Assembly: GCF_006345805.1 (NCBI RefSeq)
Contig: NC_043002.1
Coordinates: forward strand, 7,006,001-7,070,000
Source of the DNA: Octopus sinensis
Lineage: Eukaryota
Direction of reading: 5' to 3'
Length of the DNA stretch: 64,000 bases
Shown: one piece after another, positions 13,225 to 26,590 of the stretch
How the letters are laid out: the number at the start of each line of letters is the position of its first letter
How positions within the stretch are numbered: position 1 is the first letter of the stretch
Notes under the pieces: generated by a model
Told to the model about the DNA's origin: nothing
Database searches by the model: none
The model's input: only the letters and a program-made list of their open reading frames with translations
Made by a program: the position numbers and the translations under genes

Positions 13225-13790
13225 GAAAATTACACTCTATTAATTGTCTGTCCAGAGAGGATCCAGTGGACAGAGATGATTTTCTTGCTTTTGAAAAAGA
13301 AGAGGGCATCATTATGAGCTTCCCAGTGCATTTGCATTCCCAGGCCTTCTTAGGTGGTGGTTGGGATGCTTCCATTGGGTACACAGTCTTTTGGTTTCTG
13401 GGTCCTAACAGTAGATACAACTCTCGTCACAGGTCATCAACGAGTCAAGTAGTTTTGGATTGGAGGTAACGTCACCAAAGCGTCTTTCTTTCTCTTCGTC
13501 ACTGAGCACCCTGCAAAGGACAAACCTTGAACAAATTTTGTGCATGTTCAGACCTTCATGAATAATTCTGTATGCAGTTTCCGCACCATTTTCAAGCTGT
13601 GTGCTCCCTGCTTTTTACAGATACGACGGTCTTTATGTAGAAAATTGCGAATTCTCTCAGTCAGCTCTGATATTCTCTCGCTTACACTTTTCATCATCTC
13701 TCACCTTCCCTCTAACGTCCTTGAATCTCTTCTGCCAGCGAAAACGGATACTCGGCTTATACAAGCTAATCCATAAGCAGCCTGCTGCAT
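13225..13790 (-). mobile_element. mariner transposase pseudogene fragment
   Basis: FRWQKRFKD..RIIHEGLNMHKICSRFV..LMTCDESCIYC*DPETKR..PPPKKA..GKLIMMP (first catalytic D region), with stops and frameshifts. Confidence 0.85.
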
Positions 13791-13830
13791 TTCATAAGTT
13801 TCTGTAGCATTTTTACCCAGTGTATATATA

Positions 13831-13900
<70 letters not shown>

Positions 13901-13964
13901 TATATATATATTCATATATATATATATTCATATATATATATAGTGTGTGTGTGTGTGTGTGTGT

Positions 13965-14183
13965 GTGTGCATTTGCGTGTCTGTGTTTGTCACCCCAACA
14001 TCGCTTGACAACCGATGCTGGTGTGTTTACGTCCCCGTAACTTAGCGGTTCGGCAAAAAGTGACCGAAAGAATAAGTACTAAGTTTACAAAAGAATAAGT
14101 CCTGGGGTCGATTTGCTCCACTAAAGGCAGTGCTCCAGCATGGCCGCAGTCAAATGACTGAAACAAGTAAAAGAGTAAAGAGT
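13965..14183 (+). mobile_element. SINE family A 3' half
   Basis: CATCGCTTGACAACCGATGCTGG...GAAACAAGTAAAAGAG. Confidence 0.85.
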
Positions 14184-14564
14184 GTAGCACAAAACTCGAT
14201 AGCATAGCGAGCTTCCAACTTATCTTGAGGTCTCGACTAACTTCTGAAAACTAGTCAACCGTAACATGCAATGTTTAGTAGGGCTTGTTCAAAGCGGTGT
14301 TACAGCTGTCTCCTACGATTTGGAACGAAAGCAGTTGGCAGGTCAGCTTATTTGGTGTATAGTAATAAAATGCTAGAACATTTACGACTGCCTCTCCTAA
14401 AAAAGTTTCAAAACTTCCGGAATACATCTTGCAACACATTTGTATATGCTTTAACTAAATGGCTAAAATCCACGTTGTGTTGTGTGTGCGTATGTGTATG
14501 TGTGTATGTTCATGTGTTTGCGCGCACGCATATGTATTTATATATGTAGGTATGCATCCATTAT

Positions 14565-14754
14565 AGATCGTTAGCCACTACACACATTTTTTTCTCTCTT
14601 TGTTTCTCTCCTTGTTTTCTCTGCATCCCTTTCTGTAGAAGAGCGTAGGCTCGAAACGTAAAAGACTTTTTTCTATTCCTGAGCGTTATATTAATGCATC
14701 TGTTTGTTTTTACACCACTTGTCTTCGTCTATTGTTTTTTTCGTAAACTTTCCC
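14565..14754 (+). mobile_element. Hammerhead-motif element subfamily 1, tandem copy 1
   Basis: Near-identical to 14762-14956 and to the reverse complement of 59089-59280. Confidence 0.85.
14629..14664 (+). ncRNA. Putative minimal type I hammerhead ribozyme (variant core)
   Basis: CUUU-CUGUAGA-A-GAGC(GUAG)GCUC-GAAAC-GUA-AAAG; stems I and II pair; core has A6U. Confidence 0.6.
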
Positions 14755-14761
14755 TATATAT

Positions 14762-14956
14762 ATCAGTCGCCATGATAGATCGTTAGCCACTACACACATT
14801 TTTTTTCTCTCCTTGTTTTTTCTGTGTCCCTTTCTGTAGAAGAGCGTAGGCTTGAAACGTAAAATACATTTTCTATTCCTGAACGTTATACTAATATATC
14901 TGTTTGTTTTGTACACCACCTGCCTTCGTCTTTTGTTTATTTCGTAAACGCTCCCT
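14762..14956 (+). mobile_element. Hammerhead-motif element subfamily 1, tandem copy 2
   Basis: Head-to-tail repeat after a short (TA)n; motif at 14830-14865 with G:U at the base of stem II. Confidence 0.85.
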
Positions 14957-15715
14957 ATGCATGCATGTCTGTTTAAACCAATAAACCAGTAAACATACAT
15001 TTATTTGTGTGTGGCATGGTATCTACCCTTACAAATCCTTTCGGCTTTTGTCACTTTTTTAGAAATCGATCTTACATTTTGCAACTCAATTTTTCTTGGG
15101 CTCACTTATACTATTTCCACCATCGCTCCCTTTTCTTTCATAATACAGTAAAGCCTCGTAAAGAAGCCCTGTTTGATTACTTTTTGTTATTTTTTTATCC
15201 CAATAACTATATATTCTCTCTTATTTTTTTTTATTTTTCTCAATAGTTACAACACGGAAAATGGTTACTTAAATAAAATAACAAACTACATACTTCTAAA
15301 CTAACCTCTACAACCTAAAAACAGAATCATACATGTTAAAAAAAAACAAGAGCTCTAAAAATATATTTTAAAAAATACACATATTTTTGTAAATAAATGA
15401 ATAAATAAAACTGAAACAAAATCAAAAACTAACTAACAAGACATATAGCATGTCTTTAGAAGTATCTGATATCATCATCGGGAAATAAGAGATTTTCTGT
15501 ATTTTCTTTTACGATTCGTTTTTATTTAGAGTCTAAAGTATGTAGTGATCAACAATCCAGTCAACATCTGCTGTTGTCATTAAGGGAATCTCAAATCTTT
15601 TTTTTTTTCTTCTCAGAGTACCCATGTTACAGTTTTCATTCTGTGGTGCTTGATAGCTCTCAAACGCTTGCTACTAAATTTTCGCAAGTATATCTTACAA
15701 TAGCGATTCTATGCG

Positions 15716-15746
<31 letters not shown>

Positions 15747-16333
15747 CAACTACTATTAGTACTATTATTATTATTATTATTATTATTATTACAAAATTTA
15801 TATTACACGTTGTTCATAGTAATCTGATGCATTAAATGTAAAATAACTATGTTTACCATATATATATATATATATATATATAACAAAATAACAAATAAAA
15901 CATATGCATATATACATATATGTACCTACCTACATCCATATGTATATATACATGACACCAAAAAAACGTCGAACACAATGAGAAACGAAAGCATAAAAAC
16001 AAAACCATGGAAACGGACATTTTTTTAAACAACGAAAAAACAAGTATATATATACACATATTAGAGGGATACCACTATGTGGACACCCTTATGCTAGAAA
16101 TAGATACGCTATGGTCTTACCACTAAGAAATGTTCTAAAGAAAAATTCAGCAAAACAACCAAAACGTAATCGAGGAAGACAAAAGAAAAAGCAATAAAAG
16201 TATGGATTATTCGCATACATGTTTCACTATTAACATATTACGTAATTTTACTTACATAAATGTAGTAAAGTATTATCTGCAGCATCAGTTTTTCCGGTAA
16301 ATATATATATATACATACATATATGTATACATA

Positions 16334-16710
16334 GGCGCAGGAGTGGCTGTGTGGTAAGTAGCTTGTCTACCAACCACATGGTTCCGGGCTCAGTCCCACT
16401 GCGTGGCACCTTGGGCAAGTGTCTTCTACTATAGCCTCGGGCCGACCAAAGCCTTGTGAGTGGATTTGGTAGACGGAAACTGAAAGAAGCCCGTCGTATA
16501 TATGTATATATATGCGTGTGTGTGTTTGTGTGTCTGTGTTTGACAACCGATGCTGGTGTGTTTATGTCCCCGTTACTTAGCGGTTCGGCAAAAGAGACCG
16601 ATAGAATAAGTACTGGGCTTACAAAAGAATAAGTCCCGGGGTCGAGTTGCTCGATTAAAGGCGGTGCTCCAGCATGGCCGCAGTCAAATGACTGAAACAA
16701 GTAAAAGAGT
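16334..16710 (+). mobile_element. SINE family A, full length
   Basis: GGCGCAGGAGTGGCTGTGTGGTAAG head to GTAAAAGAG tail. Confidence 0.92.
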
Positions 16711-16715
16711 ATATA

Positions 16716-16750
<35 letters not shown>

Positions 16751-17383
16751 TCAAAGGGTAAGAATACGTCAAATGCGTATAATAGAATCCAGACAAACAA
16801 GTATCGGCTATAAAGGATGGACATCCTCCATTATAATTTTATGCGCTTTATATATACATGTGTGTGTATGTGTGTGTGTGTGTGTGTTATTCATGATGAT
16901 GGTTGACTTTGAATGAATAACAGAAAATATTCTGCCGTGTACTTTCCATTCATTTTTATATCCAAACATGTCGATACTTGCATATTTACATTTATGTATT
17001 ATGAATAATTTCTCATGTAAACAGCATACGCTAGATAAACCTCTCAGTTTAAATAGACAGCGCGGTTAAGCCTAATGGGCTTCTGCAGGGCAAACTCGAG
17101 AACAGCTCTACTAGCTTCAACTAATTACTTCCACCTCACTCAGGATGTATATTTGTGCTTATTCAACAAAGGAAGCATGAGTTCTAAGGGTATGACAGCA
17201 CCTTTGCTGGGTGTCCTTCAAGTTCTTTTTCAGGGCAGCTCTTCTGCTAGTGGTTGCTTCACGTCACCTAGCCCTCACCTGCAGATTCACAAACTATCAC
17301 CAAGGCAACGACATTACCCGGCCGATATGGCAAGTTGGCGGTAATCGAAGAATATTAAATTTTGGGTGGTATTAATAACTTAT

Positions 17384-17536
17384 AAATTCCGCCGAGGTCG
17401 ACTTTGCCTTTCATCCTTTCGGAGTCGATAAATTAAGTACCAGTTACGCACTGGGGTCGATGTAATCAACTTAATCCGTTTGTCTGTCCTTGTTTGTCCT
17501 CTCTGTGTTTAGCCCCTTGTGGGTTGTAAAGAAATA
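17384..17536 (+). mobile_element. SINE family B, 5'-truncated, with 16 bp TSD
   Basis: GGTATTAATAACTTAT at 17368-17383 and 17537-17552. Confidence 0.92.
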
Positions 17537-17978
17537 GGTATTAATAACTTATGCATAAATGAAAACTGGATTTTCGACTGATTGTGTGGACGAAGCGTAA
17601 TTCTCGGTGGTCAGGTTTTCGCGGCAGTATTGTGATATATAGGAACGACATTCTAGGACGTTTATCTCAAAGGAAGATGAGACTCAGAATTCAATCTACA
17701 TTTCTGGTATATCTCCATTTGTCTTCACTAGCCTTGTTAGCGCTCAGGAAGATAGAAAGGAGATGCTGATAATAAGGCGCAGCCCACTCTCACTAATGTC
17801 TAGTTCAAGTCAAAACTAGAATTCTTGAACCCACAATTAGATGGCGAATCTTCCATAGCAGTTCTGTAGTTACCATGTGTGTCTACTGCAATGAAATGGC
17901 GCCACTCTAGTTGTTTCCTCGCGCGCAACGGCACATAGAAGATATAGTTTATGTGGTAGCAATACTCTGATATTGTAG

Positions 17979-18140
17979 TTCTGAGTTCAAATTCCGCCGA
18001 GTTCGACTTTGCCTTTCATCCTTTCGGGCTCGATAAATTAAGTACCAGTTATGCACTGGGGTCGACGTAATTGACTTAATCCGTTTGTCTGTCCTTGTTT
18101 GTCCCCTCTATGTTTAGTCCCTTGTGAGTAATAAAGAAAC
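17979..18140 (+). mobile_element. SINE family B, 5'-truncated
   Basis: B-box, Nin-like core and 3' end. Confidence 0.88.
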
Positions 18141-18394
18141 AGATATTGTAAAGGCTATAGCTTCTATGTTCTCTTACGCGTGAAGAAACAACCAAAGTGA
18201 CAGTATTTCATTGCAGGTGACGCACATCATCCCGACAAAGGGAAATTGTCCAAAGCGTCAATGTCGCAAAGTTGCAAAGCTGACATCAGTGGGATTTGAG
18301 TTAACGCTTCTGCTAATCCAGCACCATGTTTTCGTCTACGAATTTATGCTAAAGACTATACACAACAAATAAAAGCTGAATTCAATAAATATTG

Positions 18395-18555
18395 TTTCCA
18401 AACCCCAGTGTTCAACTGGTTCTCCTTTTATTGATCCTGAATGGGATGAAAGGCAAAGTCAACCTCGAAGGAATTTCAATTCAAAGTAAAAGACAGACGA
18501 AATGCCAATAAGTATTTTGTCCGGCGTATTAATGGTTCTTCCAGCTCGCTACCTT
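18395..18555 (-). mobile_element. SINE family B, diverged
   Basis: GGATGAAAGGCAAAGTCAACCTCG core. Confidence 0.7.
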
Positions 18556-19661
18556 GAATACAATAAATATTAAACTTTCAAAACACTTGCCCAAGCTTTT
18601 CAAAGTTTCCCATGGAAACAGCACAAAAGCCAATGATTAAGAACCGAACCGCTGTCTCTGCGGTCTTTGAGTGATGCTGTCTAATAAATACTCCTGCAAG
18701 TTGGTTAACAGAGATTATACGAATGATAAGTTTATTAAATTATAAGATGGGTGTAAGATTTTCATATACTATAGATATATATTCATTTTTTTCTTCTGTG
18801 AAATACGTATAACTATCAAGATTTTTCAATTAGGTGTGAAATTTCACAAATAGACACACACGATGAAAGTTTTGTTTCGCGCTATGAAATACAAAAGTAA
18901 GGAAAAAAATCTTATCACTAAAGTTATTGTCTTTTTGCGGGGCAGTGGTATTTTGTTGTTTTTATTATATATTATTACATTGTTAGAAACTAAATTTAGG
19001 TTGTCTGTAGGAGATTGGCTGCTGTGTATCATGTTCTGTAGAGCAAAAGACAGTAAGCAAGTTTCGATTCCAGAGATAACCAGCTGCAATCATACAAAAT
19101 TTCAAAAGGATTAACTCTGTCATTTTAACTCCCAGACTCTTTCTCGAACTGATGTGCATTTTAGAACACCAACAAAGATGCTAGACTATACAACACTTAC
19201 TAGGTTGTGTGTGTTGGGGAGACATCGTGTTTGGATTAGTGGTGGCTAAATGCTGGTGAGTAGAATTCAAGCAAAGAAATTCTCTCTTTTTTTTTCAATA
19301 CTATCGACACCATCATTGAAAACCCAGAGAGAGACCGTTTTTATGGTTACAGAATCTTCCGGATTCCTTTTTCAGCAAAGCATGGGTCGTCGGCGACTGA
19401 AATAAACTAAAGAGATTAGAGAAAATTAAAGATGAAGTTGATTAATTTTATCTATAATTTGTGATATTCTATCTTGTTTTGCTTTGTTTCGCGTTAAAAA
19501 TTATTTTATTATTTAGACTCCTTCATGTACACCGTTTTACCCTGCATTATTATGTTTAACCTTATAGGTTCTTATGTAGTGGTTTAATAAAGTATCTGAT
19601 TGACTATTATCTGGGAATTGATATTTGATTTCGATGTATTTCTCCATTTTCTTATTTTGTA

Positions 19662-19709
<48 letters not shown>

Positions 19710-19712
19710 TAT

Positions 19713-19759
<47 letters not shown>

Positions 19760-19761
<2 letters not shown>

Positions 19762-20045
19762 CTGTGAGGTTGTGAGTTCGAATCCCGGACCGGGCGGCTT
19801 GTTGTGTTCTTGAGCAAGACACTTTATTTCACGTTGCTCCACTTCACTCAGCCGTAGAAATGAGTTGAGACATCAATGGTTCCAAGCTGTGTCGGCCCCT
19901 TTTCCTTTCCCTCGGATAACATCAGTGGTGTGAAGAGGGGAGGCTGGTATGCATGGGCGACTGCAAGCCTTCCACAAACAATCTTGCCCTGGCTTGTGCC
20001 TCGGAGGGTAACTTTCTAGGTGCAATCCCATGGTCATCCATGGTC
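19760..20045 (+). mobile_element. SINE family C, head-truncated
   Basis: Colinear with 11790-12080. Confidence 0.85.
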
Positions 20046-20119
20046 TCCTCCTTCTCCTATATAACCACGTGTGTGTGTCTGTGTGTGTTTGCGTGTGCAT
20101 ATCTACACACATCAGCGTG

Positions 20120-20184
<65 letters not shown>

Positions 20185-20517
20185 TGTGTGTGTGTCTGTG
20201 TTTGTGTGTTTGCTTCTTTATGGTTGTCTTTCTCCCTCCACCACCGTTTGAAACCTAGTGATTAGGCCAAAGATACCGATAGAATATGTATCATATTAAA
20301 CAATTTGTACCGGACTCGATTAGTTCGAGTAAAACATTTTAAGGCTTTGCACCATCATGGCGTCACTAAAAGAGGGAAAGTAAAGAATAAGGAATCGATA
20401 GATTCTCAAGAAAAAGAAGGACACGATATGAATAAAATTTTTAAATATAAAAAAAATCTGATCTCAATAGAAACATGATAACTGTGGACATATTTCGGTG
20501 TCACAGGCTTCATCAGT

Positions 20518-20650
20518 GAGCTGGCAGAATCGTTAGCACGCCGGGCGAAATGCTTAGAGGTATTTCGTCTGTCGTTACGTTCTGGGTTCAAATTCCGCCA
20601 AGGTCGACTTTGCCTTTCATCCTTTCGGGGTCGATTAAATAAGTACCAGT
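20518..20650 (+). mobile_element. SINE family B 5' half
   Basis: Head and Nin-like core. Confidence 0.85.
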
Positions 20651-20855
20651 ATCTTATTCACCACAACTGAATAAGATATCCACTTGGTGATGTCTGCCTG
20701 TTTGTTGTTATACGTTGAATATGGAAGAGTCCTTCACGACAGACTTCACGGCATTCAAGGATTAAAGTCTGAATCCATTTTCAAGTAATCCTAAGTGATT
20801 AGTCGATTGTACTTCGAAACATACATTCACACATACGTCTCACTCTCTCTCTTTT

Positions 20856-20888
<33 letters not shown>

Positions 20889-21608
20889 TCCTCTCTCTCT
20901 CTCTCTCTCTCTCTCATGCGTCCACAGAGCAATCCACAAGCACAGATACGCACACAAAATACAAACATACAGACATGCTGAGAGTACACTCAGCCTCTGT
21001 TTTCTGAGAATAGCTTTGATTTTATTCATGTTGTCCCAGGCATGACTCGATGTTTTGGTAGATTAAACCTAGGATCAAAGGCAGTCTACCCGTGATCATC
21101 TTATCACTTTCGGGTATTTTGCGTGCATGCGCATGCTTTAGTATTTGTGTATTAATGAGCTTTCCCACTAATTTAGAAAGACGGCGTGATTTGTTTCCTC
21201 TAAACGTCTTCAGTCAGTAACCCATCAGATGCACAGAAGAATTTGTCAAGCGGCAGCTTGCCTACAAATGAAGGAAAAGTTTTCTTGTCTTTCATCCATT
21301 TACTGCCCACCTCCAACGAAAGGTTATATCAGTGTGAATTGAGAAAAAATGCAAACATTTAAGTCATTGACTTCTTATCGCACTATCATGATTTGTCTGT
21401 TTGGCAGCTAAGATATAGCTTCATATCTACACTGATCGGGTGGGTGTTCTATATAAGGACACAACTTTAGCTTGAAAACAGTCGATTTCTCGATCGGGCA
21501 TTTACATCACAAAAAAAAGCAGAATTTAAATTCAGAGCGTAAAACGGAAGAAATGCAACGAAGCATTTTCTCTGGTGTGCTAATGAATCTGCCAGCTCGC
21601 AGCCTTTA

Positions 21609-21689
<81 letters not shown>

Positions 21690-21712
21690 CAGCAGCAGGT
21701 GGTGGTGGTGGT
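21609..21712. repeat. (AGT)n(AGC)n(GGT)n compound microsatellite
   Basis: Direct reading. Confidence 0.95.
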
Positions 21713-21719
21713 GATAATG

Positions 21720-22680
21720 TTTCCCTACTATCCATTAAGTGTTCTGAATAAGAGCAAGGATGAGACAGGACGATATCATGTCGTGTGGTTATATAAAAAT
21801 ATGTAAACAGTACAAAAATCGAAGCAAAGAAACAAAAATTTCACACAGTAAAGAATTTCCCTGAAAAGGAGAGCACCAAGGGCTGCTCGTGGAAACCCCA
21901 ATATACTACAGACACCCTGTCTACTAGGACAAGATGCCTTCACCCTTTTCTCTCCCTAGGCGCATAATCAGAGCAAACCCACTTTGCTTGGAGCATACTT
22001 GCCGTCCTCGTCTGCCTTTCAACAAATTTTCTGTGAGGCAGCACTTCCCATCTGCACCTTCAATTTCCTTTCTAAATGAAGCTTGAAAAAGTTGATGAAG
22101 GCTTCGCCAAAGAGAAAATCGTCTTCCACACATTCAGGCTTATCCACTACACAAATTCGTTCGCCATATACAACAGGCAGATGAAAACTGCCCATCCTTT
22201 CTGGTCTAAAAAAAGATATCTGGGTCCTGCAGCAGACGGTCAATATAACTCCACAGATCAGCAATGCTCGGGTACTGGACAAGTGCGGGCAGAAAAAGTT
22301 GACTGCACATTCGTTCCTGTAGAGTTTATTCGAAACTCTCAATGCCATTTGGTAGCACTGTTAGGCCAGGATTTCTGGATAATATGCCTGTGCTCTGGTT
22401 CGAAATCTTCTGAACAGACTAGCCAGTTAGTTTCGATCCCCACGCATACTATACGTTGCCACTCTTGCCCATTACAAGCCCTCTGTAGAAAGGCAGGGAG
22501 GAAATTCCACCGGCCGCATTTCCTAACAGGCAGCAAGCACCTGACGATACTTCCAAGTGTCCTATCTCAGTCTATACTTGATCCGATTGGCTGCACAGAT
22601 CACATATTTGTTTTCTGCACTATAGACGTGCAACGCACACAGAAGCATCCAGTTATCGGTAGTTGAACACAATTTTCCCG
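21720..22680 (-). mobile_element. L1/Tx1-clade LINE 3' fragment, decayed
   Basis: QKSWP..QCYQMALRVSNKLYRN..FCP zf-RVT-like region, then AVFICL..AFINFFKLHLERKL C-terminus and T-rich 3'UTR; boundaries approximate. Confidence 0.6.
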
Positions 22681-23055
22681 ATGCACAACCGGTAATAGGT
22701 CACTCAGAAGAGAAAGAATAGAGTGGAATAGATTTAGAAAATTATTTATGAGTAAAAATAAATGAAAATGTAATGGGGGAAATAGCTAATAAGAAAATTT
22801 GAAAGTTCTATTAGGACAGGTATTACGACCGATGTGCAAGCAGTGAGAATGTCACCCCCACCCATTTCATCAACACGAAATACGACAGTTGAATTGTCAG
22901 AGGAAAGGTGATAGCTCTTAGACTCGTAGGCAACAATTCGCTCGATGGTGAGTGAGACAAGATGTGGTTACACAGTCACTGTTCGGTCTTTTCATACAGC
23001 ATTCTTACACGCGACCATATGTGATGTTAATACGGAAACAATATTCTGAAGGTTT

Positions 23056-23261
23056 AAGGCGGCGGCTGGAAGAAACGTTAGCACGCCGGGCGAAATGCTC
23101 AGCAGTATTTCGTCTGCTGTTACGTTCTGAGTTCAAATTCCGCCGAGGTCGATAAATTAAGTACCGGTTACATACTGGGGTCGATGTAATCGACTTAATC
23201 CATTTGTCTGTCCTTGTTTGTCCCCTCTGTGTTTAGCCCCTTGTGGGCAATATAGAAATAC
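23056..23261 (+). mobile_element. SINE family B with internal deletion and 14 bp TSD
   Basis: TATTCT(G/T)AAGGTTT at 23042-23055 and 23262-23275. Confidence 0.88.
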
Positions 23262-23395
23262 TATTCTTAAGGTTTGATAGGAGCATGTTAATAGCCACTT
23301 TGAGGTTGAACAATTACATAATGATTTACACGGATGCTTTCTCGCTGGAATCATTACTTATATTTCTGTTGTCGTTTAGGCTCATATATTCTCAG

Positions 23396-24066
23396 ATGGG
23401 CTCAACGGTGATCCCAACCGGTCAGGGTGCAGCTGAAGTCGATCATCGAATCAATGCTGCTCGATCTACTTTTGGACGCCTAAAGCGGTGTCTGTGGGAC
23501 CGAAGGGAGATCTCATCGGTGACCAAAGGGCGAATATATCAGGCCGTCGTTCGTACAGTACTTTTCTATGGCTGTGAAACGTGGCCTATGCGGGTGGTCG
23601 ATCAACGAAGGCTGGAAGTCTTCGACAATGACTGCCTCCGGTGCATTCTTCGCTGCCGTCGGGTGGATCGAGTTCCCACCGCCAATCTCCGACTTCGCCT
23701 GTCTCTGCGACCCCTTCAATCTGTCCTTCTGCAACGGCACTTGCGGTAGTTTGGCCATGCATGTAGGCGTCCGGTGGGTGAACTGAGCCGTGATGTCCTG
23801 CTCCCAACTCCACTTCCCAACTGGCGGAAACGCGCGGGCGGGCAGCTGTAGACCTGTGTTACAACGATCAAGGAGGACCTTTCCGTGCTCACGAGACCGC
23901 AGGTGGTCGGCCTGCGCTGATGGAACCGTGACTGGCTCGCTATCTCCAGTGAACTGGCGCAGGACCGTCGTGCGTGGGCTGCCATGGTTCGATATGCCTC
24001 GAGGGTGGTAGAAGAAGCCGACTCAACCCGCCCAGGATGAATGTCGCCACAAGTACAAGTACAAGT
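23396..24066 (+). mobile_element. RTE-clade LINE, 5'-truncated, intact 3' end
   Basis: EVDHRINAARSTFGRL..TKGRIYQAVVRTVLFYGCETW..FDNDCLRCIL..AQDRRAW; tail (CAAGTA)n. Confidence 0.9.
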
Positions 24067-24763
24067 GAGATGAAATAGAACTCGTATCGGTTGTGTTCCG
24101 GCCATGATCATCCAGATTTATCTTCTTGTACAGTGTACTTACGACTACACAATGAAATATGTAACCTTACATCAATGAGAGGTTTGCTATTTTTAGCAAC
24201 CTGAATGCTGAATATTTTATGGCAGTGTTAGTGCTATTAGTTTTAGAGTAATGAACCAAGAAATTCTAATTTGTTGTCATAACACTTGTGAGATAATCAT
24301 TAACATAATGAGCAAGTCTATTCAATAAATGCGCGAGAGACAATCCTGAAATCTTAATTGAAATTAATTGAAAAGGAATGTGGGCTATGTAACTGAGTGC
24401 TTTTGATCTTGTGAGTAAAGAGAATAGGGTCGGACGTGTGTGTAAGCCTTATTAGACCACCACCTGGAAATATAAATCTTTACACATAATGCCAGATGAA
24501 GACTTTAAACACAGACAAACACACACGTACGCTAACATACACACACACAATTACGCACGTACACACGCACGCAAACACATATGCACACATACTTGTGTGA
24601 ATGTAATCTAAGTGGTGTAATGATCATAAATAAAAGCTAGGGAATATGTCCAGCAGTTGGTGCTGGATGGAAACCGAATGGTTATGCCTGTGCCAATTAA
24701 CTGTATGTAGTAAGCTAAGATATTTTAATTAATTAAAAGGCCCTGTACTTCACTGATGAAGCC

Positions 24764-24994
24764 TATTTCTTTACTACCCACAACGGGCTAAACACAGAGA
24801 AGATAAACAAGGACAGACAAACGGATTAAGTCAATTATATCGACCCCAGTGCTTAACTGGTACTTATTTAATCGACCCCGAAAGAATGAAAGGCAAAGTC
24901 GACCTTGGCGGAATTTGAACTCAGAACGTAGCGGCAGACAAAATACTGCAAACATCTCGCCCGGTCTGCTAACGTTTCTGCCAGTTCACCGTCT
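24764..24994 (-). mobile_element. SINE family B, full length
   Basis: Reverse complement of the 9041-9273 family. Confidence 0.9.
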
Positions 24995-25502
24995 TTGTGG
25001 TGAATAAGATACCATTTACTCAAAATCATCGCATCATAAAGACCAGATTATATGAAGAAGATTTCACCGCGTGGAATTTTGCTTTAACTATCTTGGCTAT
25101 CACCGGCAACTACATTAACACCAACAATATTTCTGCAACCACGAACTATTGAAAATGGCGTAATTAATCTGTTCACTTCACTTGGTCTTTTCTTTTAACC
25201 CAGAATTTATTATTGTGCAACGAGGAAATCTATGAAAATCTTTATATCGATTTTATGACGCGGCTAAGGAATTACTAGCACGAAACCAGTCCACAGTTAC
25301 GTGGTTTCGATATCAGGTATCATTCAAACAAACATACAAATAAATAGAACGTGCCATAAAATGTTTTGATGATTTTGCTGTTGTTAAGCCCTAGGTTAAC
25401 ACTAGCTGAGCATCTCTATGATCAAAAGCGTTCCAGACGTAACCAACACCTCTACTATTTAACTATAGTGTATCTAGAATAACACTATACAATTTATTTC
25501 TT

Positions 25503-25922
25503 GGATCTTTTCGGTTTGAACGGCAGTTTTTAACATAATTTCTAGGTAACTAAACACTTTTAAATTTCGTATACTGGTAGAATGTGTTTATAAAACATCT
25601 TTTTCTCTTGGCTTTATTGAGAAAAATCTATAGCTTGTAAGATATTTGTTTTTTTTTCTTCAATTTCAGCAATTTCAACCAATCAATTACGTCTATTGAG
25701 GTAAAAAATATTCTGTGCCGTATGAATATGTCCCTCGTTTAAGAAACAGATTGGGTTTATTTACATTTGTGAAGAAAAAAAGATACCCTTCCCCCACCCC
25801 TAACCCTAACCCTAACCCTAAAATAGATTGAAATGCAATAGATCGATACTAGGGTCATAATTATGGGTGACAATTTCATATGACACCACTAGAAAAAACT
25901 GCCGTTCAAACCGAAAAGATCC
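25503..25922 (+). mobile_element. MITE with 29 bp TIRs and 8 bp TSD (Merlin- or hAT-like), containing (CCCTAA)4
   Basis: GGATCTTTTCGGTTTGAACGGCAGTTTTT at both ends, inverted; TATTTCTT/TATTCCTT flanks; second copy at 62405. Confidence 0.88.
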
Positions 25923-26173
25923 TATTCCTTTTTTATTTTATTTTATTTTATTTATATATTATTTTTGTAATATAGTAGGGTGTAGCCTGAAGGAAATATG
26001 GCTGCTATTTCTAGATACAGACTGTTGTAGAGGTTATTTTATATATCTCCCGAACTGATGTTCTCATGTGTTGAGTCAATTTATTATTGGGAGAAGCATG
26101 CACCAAGCTTCGTAAAAATGAACTTAACGTCTTCAGTAGAAATCAGAGAATTTTCTGTAAAATTGCAATCATA

Positions 26174-26338
26174 GGCGCAGGAGTGGCTGTGTGGTTAATA
26201 GCTTGCTAAGTAACCACATGGTTCCGGGTTCAGTCCCACTGCGTGACACCTTGGGCAAGTGTCTTCTACTATAGCCTCGGACCGACCAAAGCCTTGTGAA
26301 TGGATTTGGTAGACGGAAACTGAAAGAAGCCCGTCATA

Positions 26339-26393
<55 letters not shown>

Positions 26394-26590
26394 TTGTGTT
26401 TGTATATCTGTGTTTGTCCCCCAACATCGCTTGACAACCGATGCTGGTATGTTTACGTCCCCGTAACTTAGCGGTAGAATAAGTACCAGGCTTACAATGA
26501 ATAAGTCCTGGGGTCGATTTGCTTGACTAAAGGTGGTGCTCCAGCATGGCTGCAGTTAAATGGCTGAAACAAGTAAAAGAATAAAAAGAG
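26174..26590 (+). mobile_element. SINE family A, full length
   Basis: Head to tail match to 16334-16710. Confidence 0.92.

Noticed and set aside
15619-15720. Strong acceptor (T-run plus CAG) followed by an open frame
   Set aside because: No good donor; runs into (TAT)n.
19011-19052. Possible 42 nt exon (TAG|...|GTAAGC)
   Set aside because: Such signal pairs are expected by chance in 64 kb; the peptide is not recognised.
20649-20665. 17 bp match (GTATCTTATTCACCACA) to the reverse complement near 24997-25013, both next to SINE B
   Set aside because: A match of this length is roughly at chance level for an AT-rich 64 kb window.
24753-24763. CTGATGAAGCC upstream of a SINE
   Set aside because: No stem II or GAAA partner on either side of the SINE.
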